This document shows, piece by piece, positions 53,402 to 63,927 of a DNA stretch of 64,000 nucleotides. The notes below the pieces were generated by a model. That model worked only from the letters and a program-made list of their open reading frames with translations. It ran no database searches and had not been told where the DNA came from. The translations under genes and the position numbers were made by a program. How positions within the stretch are numbered: position 1 is the stretch's first letter; every line of letters starts with the position of its first letter. This stretch comes from Naegleria gruberi (lineage: Eukaryota): the NCBI GenBank assembly GCA_000004985.1, contig GG738912.1. One strand, written 5' to 3'.

Positions 53402-54882
53402 TTAAATAATTCCTGGAATGAAAATGTACTTGACAGTTTCACAATATTTGTCCCAATCTTCCTTATACTTTCTCTTACATCTTTCAGAATCTCTGTGATA
53501 ACGATGGATAATCATACAGAAGAAGAAGATGAAATAAAAGTATGGAATGAAACTTCCAAATCCACAGATCAAACCCCATGTCAAGCCCATTGTGGTATCC
53601 ATAGTATAGTTCAATTTACGAGCATAAGCCCACCAACCATCAACCAACAATTCACTACCTGCCTTAGTCTTGAGACATTTGGCATTATCTGGCAAAGTAC
53701 CATATGGCAATTGAGGGAAAGTCTTTCTTTCTCTGAAAGTACCATTCTTCTTCATACGGAATCTGTTACGTTGACTTTGAGCAGTATCCCAGAAATAGTA
53801 AGCAACAAAGAGCAAGATGAAAATACAGAGATTGTACCACCAAGGCATGTTAATTTCTTCACCCTTCTTGTAAATGTAAATGGATGAGAAACAGTAAACG
53901 AATGGAACACCAGCCAAATTCCAGTAAATCAACAACCAACCCCATTTTTCATAAAAGATATCCCATGATGATGGAACACATTCTTCACCCTTCATAATGG
54001 CATTGACATAAATTGTGTGGGCAGTTAACATGAAAATCATTGGTGTGGTAATGTATCCGAGTTCTTCATATTGTTTGGCAGCTGCAGAGAGTGTCAACAA
54101 GAAGAGCAAGACCCATGAAATTCTGGCTTCAGTGAACATTTTCAAATCCAAAGATCCTAATCTAGGATTCAAAACAGCTCCCATGAAAAAGTCATAGAGG
54201 AAACTTCCAGACAATCTGTGTTCATTTCCAGTTGCAATAGTATAGAAATAGGTAAAGATAGCAACAAGATTACTGAAAATAATGGCAACAGTTAAAATTG
54301 GAGCAAAATTATCATAGAGCATTGAGACTGGAGCAATTCCAGTAACATACAAGATACCAATGAGTGGCAATGTAATATACCAGACGTGGATGGCATTACA
54401 ATTGTAAATCAACTTTTTGCCACCTTCATGTTCGAGTGGTAAACCTTCATATAAGTCACCAGGAATTAACCAACCCAAAACACCTTCATAAACGATGAAT
54501 CCCATATAAATATTAAAAGCAGTCCAATTTGGTTGAGCAATTTCCCATGCAGCAGACCAATCTACATCCCAAAACCACACTAATTTAGAATCAGTAAATT
54601 CCAAACAATACCAATAATAGTATGGAATGATATGTGAAATTATCATAACAGCAAGACAACCTATTGGTCCACCAAATTCTCTGGCTGCCATATTCAGTAG
54701 AAGCAAAATTATCAGCAAGATACAAACAATTTCACACGAAACGAAACCGAAACAAAACGAAAAATAATTCACACCAATAAATATTCGAATCAACATTCAC
54801 TCTATAACCTACCTTCCTCCTTCTCTTCCTTCTTATTGACCCTTGTTGTGGCCTTCTCTTGTTGTGTTGTTGTCGAAGCCAT
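53402..54882 (-). CDS. Sterol reductase (ERG4/ERG24/DHCR7 family), join(54882..54813, 54684..53402)
   Basis: The family signature is LLVDGWWAYARKLNYTMD. The C-terminus is KYKEDWDKYCETVKYIFIPGII. Eight or more TM helices are present. Exon 1 (MASTTTQQEKATTRVNKKEEKEE) is joined by a 128-nt GTAGGT..GGCAG intron (54812-54685) to AREFGGPIG.... Confidence 0.75.
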
Positions 54883-55736
54883 TTTTTTAGTACGCCAATC
54901 CATAAAACCCCTCTGCTACTTCTTCAGACGATTCAATGATAAAATTGTTTTTCGTTGTTGGTTCGGTATTTTACGATAAAATCGCAATTCCACAAGATAC
55001 GGTTTCCGAGGGTATGTTTTGTCCTTTCTACAAGTTGTGGAACAGTGGGAAGGGTGTATTAATTGTGCAAATTGTGAAAAGTTTGTTAGCATTGGAGATC
55101 CTGCATGCATATTTGGAGATTGAACCCGTTCGAGTTGTTTGGTTTAGTTTTGTTGTAATGTGTTAGTCTTTGAAAGTGTTATTAGAAATGGAAACAATGT
55201 TTCATTTGTGAAAGTATAATTGTATTCGTTGGAAAGTGAGTATTTGATTGGGTTTAATTGTTATTCTTGAGTTCCATTCTAATTATTGAAAATATTCATT
55301 CGTATTTTAATTCTTGTTACAAAAAATTCCTCCCATGCATTGAACAAGTTTACAATTTTTGAAATTCAATCATGATGTTCTATTCTTCCATTACTTGCTT
55401 AATCCTAAAAAGAAAAGCACACAAATACAACAAATCATCTTCTTCTCTCAATTCGGAACATTCCTTTTCCGTACCAAATAAATCAATAAGAAAAAAACAT
55501 CAAACAACCTTTCATTCTCTCTCTCAATATCATCAAAGCGAAAATTATTTTTAGCCTTTGAAGAAGAACAGCAAACAACAACACTTGTAAATACAAAAAA
55601 GCAACATACAGCAATCAAATAACAACTCTAATATATTGCTTATTGAAGTAACGTTTGGAATACAACAATAACAAACACAGTTTAAAAGAATTATTTTTGT
55701 AAATAGGAAAAGGATTAATAATTAATTATTGGAAGG

Positions 55737-56379
55737 ATGGCACAAAGAAGAGTAATGAAGGATTTGACAACACTGCAACAAGTACCTATTGAAGGATTGA
55801 CTGCTGGACCGATCGGAGATGATGTTTTTAGTTGGAATGGGTATATTGATGGACCTGTAAGTGTTTGATGATTTAAATGTTGGAAATAATTGTATTTACT
55901 TGTTTTGGAACTAATTAGGTGGATACACCATATGAAGATGGAGTTTTTAAAGTCAAAATTACATTTCCAACTGATTATCCTTTCACTGCTCCACGATTGA
56001 GTTTTGGTAAGTTTATTGAACCAGTTGAAAATTCTATAAACTTTAATAGTGACACCAATTTATCATCCAAATGTAAATAGTGACGGGAAAGTTTGTCTCT
56101 CAATACTAGACAAGGACTGGAATCCCTCTGTAAATATATCACAAGTATTAATGAGTAAGTATTCGAAATATTATTTTGAAATATTCACTTGTAACAGCTG
56201 TACAATTACTACTCAAAGAACCAAATCCTGAAAGTGCAGTTCTTCCTAGCATTGGTAAACAATATGAGGATGATCGTGAAGCATTCAATAAGGAAGCTAG
56301 GAAACACACTCAGGAACATGCAAAGAAGAAAACAGAGGAAGAGAACAAAGAGGAAACACAGGAAAAAGAGGAGAAATAA
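55737..56379 (+). CDS. Ubiquitin-conjugating enzyme E2 (UBC4/5-UBE2D-like core with a K/E-rich C-terminal tail), join(55737..55856, 55919..56006, 56050..56154, 56198..56379)
   Basis: The spliced protein is [40 protein letters not shown]|[29 protein letters not shown]|[35 protein letters not shown]|[15 protein letters not shown].... The active site is HPN...GKVCLSIL. Three GTAAGT introns of 62, 43 and 43 nt are present. Confidence 0.8.
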
Positions 56380-56484
56380 ATTTATATATATTAATTAATT
56401 ATTAATTATTAATTAATAATTTAAATAGGCAATTGATCATAAGGAACAAATATTAATAATACAAAAAAAATAGATCGCAACACC

Positions 56485-57810
56485 ATGAGAGAAATTGTCA
56501 GTCTTTTTATTGGAGGATGTGGTAACAGGATTGGAAATTGTTTTTGGAAGGGTATTATGAGGGAACACAATATTGATACAAATACAGGAGAGAGGATTGA
56601 AGGATTTGAAGATGTTGAAGAAAATTTAAATATTTTCCTTGATGAGAGGGAAGATAAATTTGTGCCAAGAGTTGTGATGGCCGATCTGGAGGCTGAAACT
56701 ATTGAATCAATGATTAAGAATGAGAATTTATTGGAATCAAAGTTTGCTTCCTTTCAAAGATGTGGAAATGGAAATTGTTTCTCTAGGGGAATGTACACTG
56801 ATGGAGCTCTGCTTATTCGAAATATAATGGATCAAGCAAGGAAGAGTGTAGAACAGTGTGATTTCTTTGAAGGATTTCAAATGTTTCATTCCATAATTGG
56901 TGGATCTGGATCAGGGCTTGGTTCATTAGTTGTTTCGAAACTCAGAGAAGAATTCCCTGACAAAATGATGGCAACTGCTACTGTATTGCCATCAAATAAG
57001 GATGACTATGGATCTAGGTCTCTTTCACATTATAATGCTGGTCTATCCATGCATTATTTGGTAGAGAATACTGATTTTGTAACTTGTCTAAATAATGAGG
57101 CTCTTGGAAATATCTGTAATAGCAAATTAGGACTGGAGAATTATGGCTATGAACATATGAATAATTTAATCACTCAAGCAATTTGTGGTTTTACTAGTCC
57201 ATTAAGATTTTCAGGAATTTTAAATTCTTCATACAGAAAGCTTTCAACCAACCTCGTTCCATTTCCAAGACTACACTTTTTCACTGTATCTCACTCACCC
57301 TTCTGTCTGGGTGATACTGAACCAACAGTTGAGGGATTAACAAGTGATGTTTTTAATCAGACCAATCTACTGATAAGTATGGATCCAAGTTTAGGCCGTT
57401 ACATGACCAATATCATTACTTATCGTGACAATGAGCCGAATATTTCCATGATTGAGGAATATGTAAGAAAATTCAAAAAGGATAATGAAGCTATTTTCAA
57501 AGAATGGGTGCCAAACAATATTCACACTTCAGTATGTAAATCTATTTCACCAGATTGTCCAACCAAGAGCTCAGCAACAATGGTATCCAATACCAGTGCA
57601 ATCAAAACAGTTTTTAACAAGATTTCCGACCAATTTACTGTAATGTTCAGAAGAAGGGCGTTTCTGCACCAATATTTAGAAGATGGTATGGATGAGATGG
57701 AGTTTACAGAAGCGGAATCAAACTTTAATGATCTTCAATCTGAATATTATGATGATTGGGGTGCGTGGTGTGAAGAAGAGGAAGAAGGAGAGTATGATGA
57801 AGAGCCTTAG
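56485..57810 (+). CDS. Divergent tubulin-family protein (beta-like; 441 aa)
   Basis: The N-terminus is MREIVSLFIGGCGNRIGNCFW, against beta-tubulin [21 protein letters not shown]. The GTP-binding motif is SIIGGSGSGLGSLVVSKLREEFPDK, against [23 protein letters not shown]. The acidic C-terminal tail is EEEEGEYDEEP. Confidence 0.7.
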   Translation: MREIVSLFIGGCGNRIGNCFWKGIMREHNIDTNTGERIEGFEDVEENLNIFLDEREDKFVPRVVMADLEAETIESMIKNENLLESKFASFQRCGNGNCFSRGMYTDGALLIRNIMDQARKSVEQCDFFEGFQMFHSIIGGSGSGLGSLVVSKLREEFPDKMMATATVLPSNKDDYGSRSLSHYNAGLSMHYLVENTDFVTCLNNEALGNICNSKLGLENYGYEHMNNLITQAICGFTSPLRFSGILNSSYRKLSTNLVPFPRLHFFTVSHSPFCLGDTEPTVEGLTSDVFNQTNLLISMDPSLGRYMTNIITYRDNEPNISMIEEYVRKFKKDNEAIFKEWVPNNIHTSVCKSISPDCPTKSSATMVSNTSAIKTVFNKISDQFTVMFRRRAFLHQYLEDGMDEMEFTEAESNFNDLQSEYYDDWGAWCEEEEEGEYDEEP

Positions 57811-58027
57811 AACTAATAAACATGAAGCAACATTTTCTTGCAACTCAACCTCTCATTACTAATTAAGCCAATTGGGGATTGATATTAATTTTCAAACAAT
57901 AACAAAAACTTCACTAGTACTTTACTGTTCTGATCCTTCTTACTCATGTTAATAAAAACCAAACTTTCAAACACTTTCTCTTCTCCACGATTTGTCCAAA
58001 ACCAAAATCATATGGCTCGCCACGTTA

Positions 58028-58098
58028 CCGTCTCGGGAGGAATCGAACCTCCGTCAATGGATTCAAAGTCCACTATGCTACCATTACACCACGAGACG
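58028..58098 (-). tRNA. tRNA-Gln (anticodon TTG)
   Basis: The minus strand reads CGTCTCGTGGTGTAATGGTAGCATAGTGGACTTTGAATCCATTGACGGAGGTTCGATTCCTCCCGAGACGG. The acceptor stem is perfect. The anticodon loop is CTTTGAA and the T-loop is TTCGATT. T-runs lie downstream. Confidence 0.85.
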
Positions 58099-58362
58099 AG
58101 CACATTAAGGTTGATTATAATTTAGTTATTACACTCATGACCATTTTCAATCTGTACTGTATTTGCGTTTCATGTCCCTTTGCTAAATTACATTGTATAA
58201 GAAAGGACTTGGAACATATTGCCATTTACAATTCAAAACGTAGAAACATTTTTTCTTGCTCTTCCTCATTACTTATTAAGGCAATAGAAGATTTGGCGCC
58301 TTTAAAATTCACACTTTCAAACAATTTTTCACAAACAAAAAAACAACAACACCACAACCAAT

Positions 58363-59433
58363 ATGAACAGAAAGGCCATGATTTCACTTTCCCCACTTTT
58401 ACTGTGTACAGTGCTGTGTACAGCCCTCACACAGGTCACACCCTCCTCACCTGACACCACAAATTATTATTTTCTATCAAGAGAGCCATCGTCATCAATT
58501 CTTAATATTATCCATCAAGAACACACTGATAATATTATAATAATTAATGATTGGCTTAATGATCTTGCCATCTCCTATTGTGTGATGTTAATTTACGCAC
58601 TCATCATGCTAGCCATGTCCCTCCAGAATCATCTTTCCACAGGAGAGCAATTTCTCAATGATGAAGAAGTATCCTCATCAATAGAGACTCAACACACATC
58701 TTCTCAGATAACAACAGAGGAGAGTGAAGGCAATGATCATGGCGATAAGGAGGTGGACGATCTGAATATGAGTATGATCGAAATGGTACCCGAGATTGTT
58801 GAAGAAGGTGGCTCCCAAGATTTTCCATCCATTGAAACACAGAATCCTCTCACCATCTCAACTCTCTACTCCCATTCCAAGATAACAGAAGGTAATGATG
58901 ATAAGGAAGGTGAAGATTCTGATACGCTCGAAGAAAGTTCCTTTGATTTATCTTACATTGAAACACCACGAAGAGAATCAAAAGACTTGCATCATGATTA
59001 CAGTCCTAGTGATGCATCAACCATAACTCCAAGAAGCCAATCAGATTTGGATCGCTCAGACCTCAGTATTGTGTCCTCTCCAAATGATGAAGAATCAACG
59101 TTACTAGATTGTTCTCTCAATCATGATGATTTTGAAATCAATGAACAATTTACTGAACCACCACCATCAGAAACAACTTCTTTTGAAGAATTAATGGCAA
59201 GAAACCTTGAACGTATCACATCATTAAACAGTGAAGTAATGAATGAATTTGCAAAGGAAGCAAGTATAATCCTTGCACAACTTCAAGACATTAAGGGTTA
59301 CAATAATGTGGAAGAAGTTGAGAAAGAAGAATTTCTTTTCAGCCTTGCAATGGAAATCTATGAAACAAGATTAATCAGAATGGATGTGGAGGCCCAAAGA
59401 ATTAATCTCAAAATTCAAAACCTTACAATTTAG
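58363..59433 (+). CDS. Acidic Ser/Glu/Asp-rich protein with an N-terminal hydrophobic segment and a C-terminal helical domain (356 aa)
   Basis: This is a long ORF from ATG 58363 (MNRKAMISLSPLLLCTVLCTALTQV). No family is recognised. Confidence 0.4.
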   Translation: MNRKAMISLSPLLLCTVLCTALTQVTPSSPDTTNYYFLSREPSSSILNIIHQEHTDNIIIINDWLNDLAISYCVMLIYALIMLAMSLQNHLSTGEQFLNDEEVSSSIETQHTSSQITTEESEGNDHGDKEVDDLNMSMIEMVPEIVEEGGSQDFPSIETQNPLTISTLYSHSKITEGNDDKEGEDSDTLEESSFDLSYIETPRRESKDLHHDYSPSDASTITPRSQSDLDRSDLSIVSSPNDEESTLLDCSLNHDDFEINEQFTEPPPSETTSFEELMARNLERITSLNSEVMNEFAKEASIILAQLQDIKGYNNVEEVEKEEFLFSLAMEIYETRLIRMDVEAQRINLKIQNLTI

Positions 59434-59989
59434 GAAATTGTATTGTATTTGATAAACTATCTTCAATTTTCATTATAATTTCATAAATTTGTGTTTCTCT
59501 TTTCCAAGTTTCATCAATTCCAATCGCTTCAACATATGGAGATGGATCAGGAACAATCCATGATGTTTGGCATCACATCCATCTGGGTCTTCTCACTATG
59601 TTTATTATCATGTGAAGTTTGTTAAAAATGTGTGTCCCATCTCCAACTATGGAGCACATGGAATGGCTGGAACACTAGGAACATTAACAATGTTTGTTGA
59701 TGTTCTGGTTTCAATGATTAGAAGTGTCAAAGGTATTATTTACAATGGAATTGAAAAGTATCGTGTTACTTTCTTTTAACATATCTTTCAACTCGCTTCT
59801 GTTGTAAACTAAAAACGCCATTTGTTAAAAACGACACTTTTCAAAAATGTACCTACTTAAAAATCTCCAAATTTGAACAATTACAATATTCTTCCATAAT
59901 TGTTCACTGACAAGTGTCAAATAAATAGAAGCTTCCACCTGCCATCCATCACTTTTTCACAAACAAAAACAAAAACAAATACAACAAAC

Positions 59990-60349
59990 ATGTCCTATCC
60001 AATTCCAACTCCATACGAATGGTCAACCACTCTCGATATTGGCAATGCTGAATTAAACGAACAACATAAGAAACTCTTCACTTTAATCAATGCCTTGGAT
60101 GCCAAGAGAAGTTGTGGCACAACATTGAAGGAATTATTAGATTACGTTGTTTTCCACTTCAAGACTGAAGAAGATTTGTTTGCTAAGGCTGGTTGGTCTG
60201 AATCTGCCTCTCATAAGGAAACTCATGATAAGTTTGTTCAGGATGCTTTGGCATTGACAAGCGTTGGAGATGGTGAGATGCAATTTATTAAGCAATGGTT
60301 GATTACTCACATTTGTGCCTCTGATATGAAGTATAAGGGTGTTATTTAA
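59990..60349 (+). CDS. Hemerythrin-like metal-binding protein (119 aa)
   Basis: From ATG 59990 the protein is MSYPIPTPYEWSTTLDIGNAELNEQHKKLFTLINALD...LLDYVVFHFKTEEDLF...HKETHDKFVQ...WLITHICASDMKY. The His/Glu/Asp ligand positions have hemerythrin spacing (H..x3..H, HF..EE, H..x3..H, H..x4..D). The track start at 59900 is not an ATG. Confidence 0.7.
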   Translation: MSYPIPTPYEWSTTLDIGNAELNEQHKKLFTLINALDAKRSCGTTLKELLDYVVFHFKTEEDLFAKAGWSESASHKETHDKFVQDALALTSVGDGEMQFIKQWLITHICASDMKYKGVI

Positions 60350-60600
60350 ATATTATCCTTTTTTGTAATTTTAGTAAAAAAACAATTTTGTAAATTAGTT
60401 TATTTTTTGATATTGTCGGCAAAAGTGTTCGAAATAGTCTTCCTCTGATTCATGTCTCACTCTGATTGTTCATATGAAATTGGAACGGTTATTAGAAAGC
60501 TCATCTAAAACAAGAGGTTAATGGACATATTAGATTTGTTTTGAATAAATGCAATTAAAGAACTCAATTAGACTTAAGTATTTAAAATTTACTGGAATTT

Positions 60601-62513
60601 TCAGGTTAATGACATTTTATACCAACAATTGATTTCTTCTAATTTTTTTTCAATAGAACTCAAAGTCAAATGTTCTTGTAAAGTTTCAACAAACGTTTCA
60701 CAATTGCGCAAAGTAGTGTTTGCTTGATGGGTGTTACCAAATACTTTTTGTTTGATTACTGACATCTTACCTTTAACAAAGTATACCTTCTCAGTCAATT
60801 CATGCAATTTTTCCCACATTTCAGAATTTTCCTCTGGTTGACTGAGTGAAATCTGATTGTTACTGAATGTGAATTTTTCACTGAAGAATGTTGACCTACT
60901 CACTACATCATGTACATTAACAGTAAACACGCCGTCTTGGTCAACTCTGCATTCAACACATATTTTATGGTTAGAGGCAGGCTTTTGATCAATTTTTATG
61001 ATTGAATTGGTTAGTAATTCTAACATTGAGCTAATTTCAGATTCTCCCTCTCTGAAGGTCAAATTAATCTCTTTCGTTTCGTCTGATGAATTTGTAACTG
61101 CCAATAGTTTTTTACAAGGCAAAGGTGTTCCCTTTTCCAGAACCTTAATTAAGGAATTATTTTGATATTCCTTAATTCGAATAGTTCTTGAAAGACATTC
61201 AGTAATAGGAATGGCTTGTTTTTGATAAAGATCATGAGCCAAGTAGGCAGCTCCATAACTAACGATATAAATTATGTCACTATTTTGTGGTCTAGTAATT
61301 GTCTTTAACAAGTCAACTCACTGTCAAGTTATTAAATCTTACTTACAACTCCAGGTAGTTCATCTTGCACCCAATCTTTCACAAATGGAATAAGAGATGA
61401 TCCTCCAACCATAAGAACCTCATTAATATCACATCCAAGTTCTTTAAATTTTGAAATTAAGGTCTGGACCCTTTTTTGGAACGCCTCCTCACAATCTCTC
61501 TTAAATTGCTCATAATTCACAGAAATAATCAAAGATAAATCATTCTCAGGAATCTCAATACTAAAGTATTCAACATTTCGTCTAGTTGAACATAAGGTTT
61601 CTTTCAAAATTCTTGCCTTTGCACTCAACTTGTGTTTAACTTCTTTCTTTAAATTATTCAACTGAGATGTCAATGATTTTTCTTCGAGTGTCATGGAAGA
61701 TGCTCCAAACCAAACAGGTTTAATGTAATTTTGGAAAACCAAATTATCAACATCAACACCTCCCAAAGTAGAATCTCCCTCAACCCATTTCACAATAAAT
61801 TCCAATTGACTATCATGATTTTTACAAACTTGAATGAGTGAAATGTCCAAAGTTCCACCACCAAAATCAAATACCAAGTAATTACCTTCCCCTCTTTGAG
61901 GATCTTTCTTAAAATAGTAATAGGCAGCTGCGGATGGTTCTGGTAATAATTTCAAAACCTTAATGTTTGATTTTCTAGCTGCTTCCAAAGTTGCATTCTT
62001 TTGGAAAACTCCAAATTCAGCTGGAACTGTAATGACTGCTGGAATTTCTTGATCTTTTCTAAATACGGTTACATTTTCAAGAATTTTTTGAGCTACCAAT
62101 TCTGGAGAAATGTCAAGAAACTTTCCGTTTTCAAATACGAAACGACATGTGGCAAGTTGGTTCTCTTGATTAGCAACTATTTTGTAATCTAATTTCTTTT
62201 CATTTTCTTGAATGACGGCCACTTGATTGTCTTTTCTATCCAAACATTAAGAATAGTCAAAGTTTCGTCAACTAACTTACCTTTTACCAATGATTCGTTT
62301 AGTTTCTGTAGCGTAGAGAACACCATTAACATCTTCCAATTCTCCAACACCAGTTTGAAATGATTCTCCGTTTATACAGCTTACATTCACAACAGAGTTT
62401 TGGAAATTACATGATCCTTGTGAAATATATTTCGTATATCCAAATTCATCAATGTACGAAACAATGGTTGTGCTAGTACCTAGATCAATACCAATACACT
62501 TAATATCACTCAT
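60601..62513 (-). CDS. Divergent Hsp70-family protein, join(62513..62281, 62235..61347, 61302..60601), about 607 aa
   Basis: Exon 1 reads MSDIKCIGIDLGTSTTIVSY...TKRIIGK. A 45-nt intron follows. Exon 2 carries the NBD motifs AVITVPAEF, LVFDFGGGTLDISL, GGVDVDN and VLMVGGSSLIPFV. A 44-nt intron follows. Exon 3 reads IYIVSYGAAYLAHDL plus a divergent substrate-binding domain with no EEVD. The splice phases were verified. Confidence 0.75.
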
Positions 62514-62562
62514 TTTTTTTAAAAGAAACACATACTTCACATCATGCATGACATATAAACTA

Positions 62563-62626
62563 TCACGTTTTCGAATAAACCCACTCACGTTTCGAAATTT
62601 AGAGTTTACAATATTCACGTTTCGAA
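62563..62626 (-). promoter_or_regulatory. Three copies of TTCGAAACGTGA in the Hsp70-like promoter
   Basis: On the plus strand tcacgttttcgaa, tcacgtttcgaa and tcacgtttcgaa lie at 62563, 62585 and 62615. On the gene strand (minus) they read CGAAACGTGA. They sit 50-115 nt upstream of ATG 62513 and share the core motif with 37843-37967. Confidence 0.45.
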
Positions 62627-62634
62627 TCAATCTT

Positions 62635-63927
62635 TTAATTGATATTTTTAACAAACGAAACCTTATAATTTCTAATCATCAGCTCCCTCAGAATACAACC
62701 AACAGAAATCATACTGCCATTATTCAAATATCTACGATTTTCTCCCTTTTTGAATTTTGACAAGCTTGGAATATTCCACAATCCTCCAACAAGTAGTAAT
62801 TGATTACTGTTAAATATTGGCATATTTTCATCAAGAGTTAATTCAGGAAATTCGCTTCTTTTGATAAAAACTGGTCCTTCAAGACTATCCTCTCCAAAAA
62901 TCATTCTAATAGTTTCGGATATAGAAATTTCGTCATCTTGACCATATTGATACATATTCATCATGAGTTTGTTCATTTGAAATGTAAATTTTGCACTTCT
63001 TTCGTCTTTGATATCATTCGTTTTCAATTCTCCATTTTCATACCTGTAATTCAATTTGCAACGAACCAAGATTCGATTACAAAAATCTGAAAGTATTTTA
63101 ACTCCACTAAAACTGAAGCTATATAATACTGTGGATTCGAATACTAGGGAATTGGAATCTTTCCTCACTATACATTGATAGGTGCCTGTACCTGATAAAT
63201 TGAAAATGCTGAACTGAATGCTCATTTCTTTGAATTGTTGCAGAGACGTTTCGTCAGGTTCTTTTTTAAAATCTAACTGATAGAATTGAGCTACATAATA
63301 TGAAATTACAGCCTCGTGCTCAAAACAAGTAGAATTGTTTACAATCTTACTGTCACAATGAAGCTCCCATCCGTATGGAATGGCTGTAATAAATTTCTTA
63401 TTCGAATCTTCATCAATTTGTTTTGAAAATGCTCCAATTAAATGATATATTAAATTACTATTCAATTTTCTTTCTGGAATATTTGAGAATTTTCTGAAAT
63501 ATTCAATGGAAAGCGCTGGTTGACCTTCTGTGATCTCTAACACTTGTTCTCCAATCATATTAGAATAAAATACAGAGGTTATTCTTGTTGAATACAGATC
63601 ATTAATTTTTGATGAACCAATGTTATGATAACTTGCTTGTGAATAAAAAGTTCCACAATCAATTCCAATAATTTGATGAATTTTGTATTCACTTTCCTCC
63701 ATAATTGGTTCCACAGGGTTCTCATTTGAATTTTTCTCGATAGATGTTTGGGTTTCATAATTTTCAACAATTACTTGGACATCCCCTTCCAAATTTTCAT
63801 TCATTTTACAATAGTTAATATGGTTTTCTTCTTCTTTTGGCTCCTCAATTGACATTCTCTTCTCCGTCTTAATTTTACAATCACTTTCATCATTCATAAC
63901 CCATTCTCCCATAATTTCATTCCTCAT
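62635..63927 (-). CDS. Highly divergent Hsp70/actin-fold NBD-like protein (430 aa), lying in tandem upstream of the Hsp70-like gene
   Basis: Four degenerate counterparts of Hsp70 NBD motifs are present: IIGIDCGTFYSQAS (phosphate-1), ITAIPYGW (connect-1), FNLSGTGTYQ (phosphate-2) and LLLVGGLWNIPSL (adenosine). There is no substrate-binding domain. Confidence 0.5.
   Translation of the reverse strand: MRNEIMGEWVMNDESDCKIKTEKRMSIEEPKEEENHINYCKMNENLEGDVQVIVENYETQTSIEKNSNENPVEPIMEESEYKIHQIIGIDCGTFYSQASYHNIGSSKINDLYSTRITSVFYSNMIGEQVLEITEGQPALSIEYFRKFSNIPERKLNSNLIYHLIGAFSKQIDEDSNKKFITAIPYGWELHCDSKIVNNSTCFEHEAVISYYVAQFYQLDFKKEPDETSLQQFKEMSIQFSIFNLSGTGTYQCIVRKDSNSLVFESTVLYSFSFSGVKILSDFCNRILVRCKLNYRYENGELKTNDIKDERSAKFTFQMNKLMMNMYQYGQDDEISISETIRMIFGEDSLEGPVFIKRSEFPELTLDENMPIFNSNQLLLVGGLWNIPSLSKFKKGENRRYLNNGSMISVGCILRELMIRNYKVSFVKNIN

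Noticed and set aside
62563-62626. Whether the TTCGAAACGTGA repeats are canonical heat-shock elements
   Set aside because: A heat-shock element needs alternating nGAAn units with 2-nt spacing (nTTCnnGAAn). Here TTCGAA has zero spacing, so it is not a classical heat-shock element. It is kept as an unknown motif.
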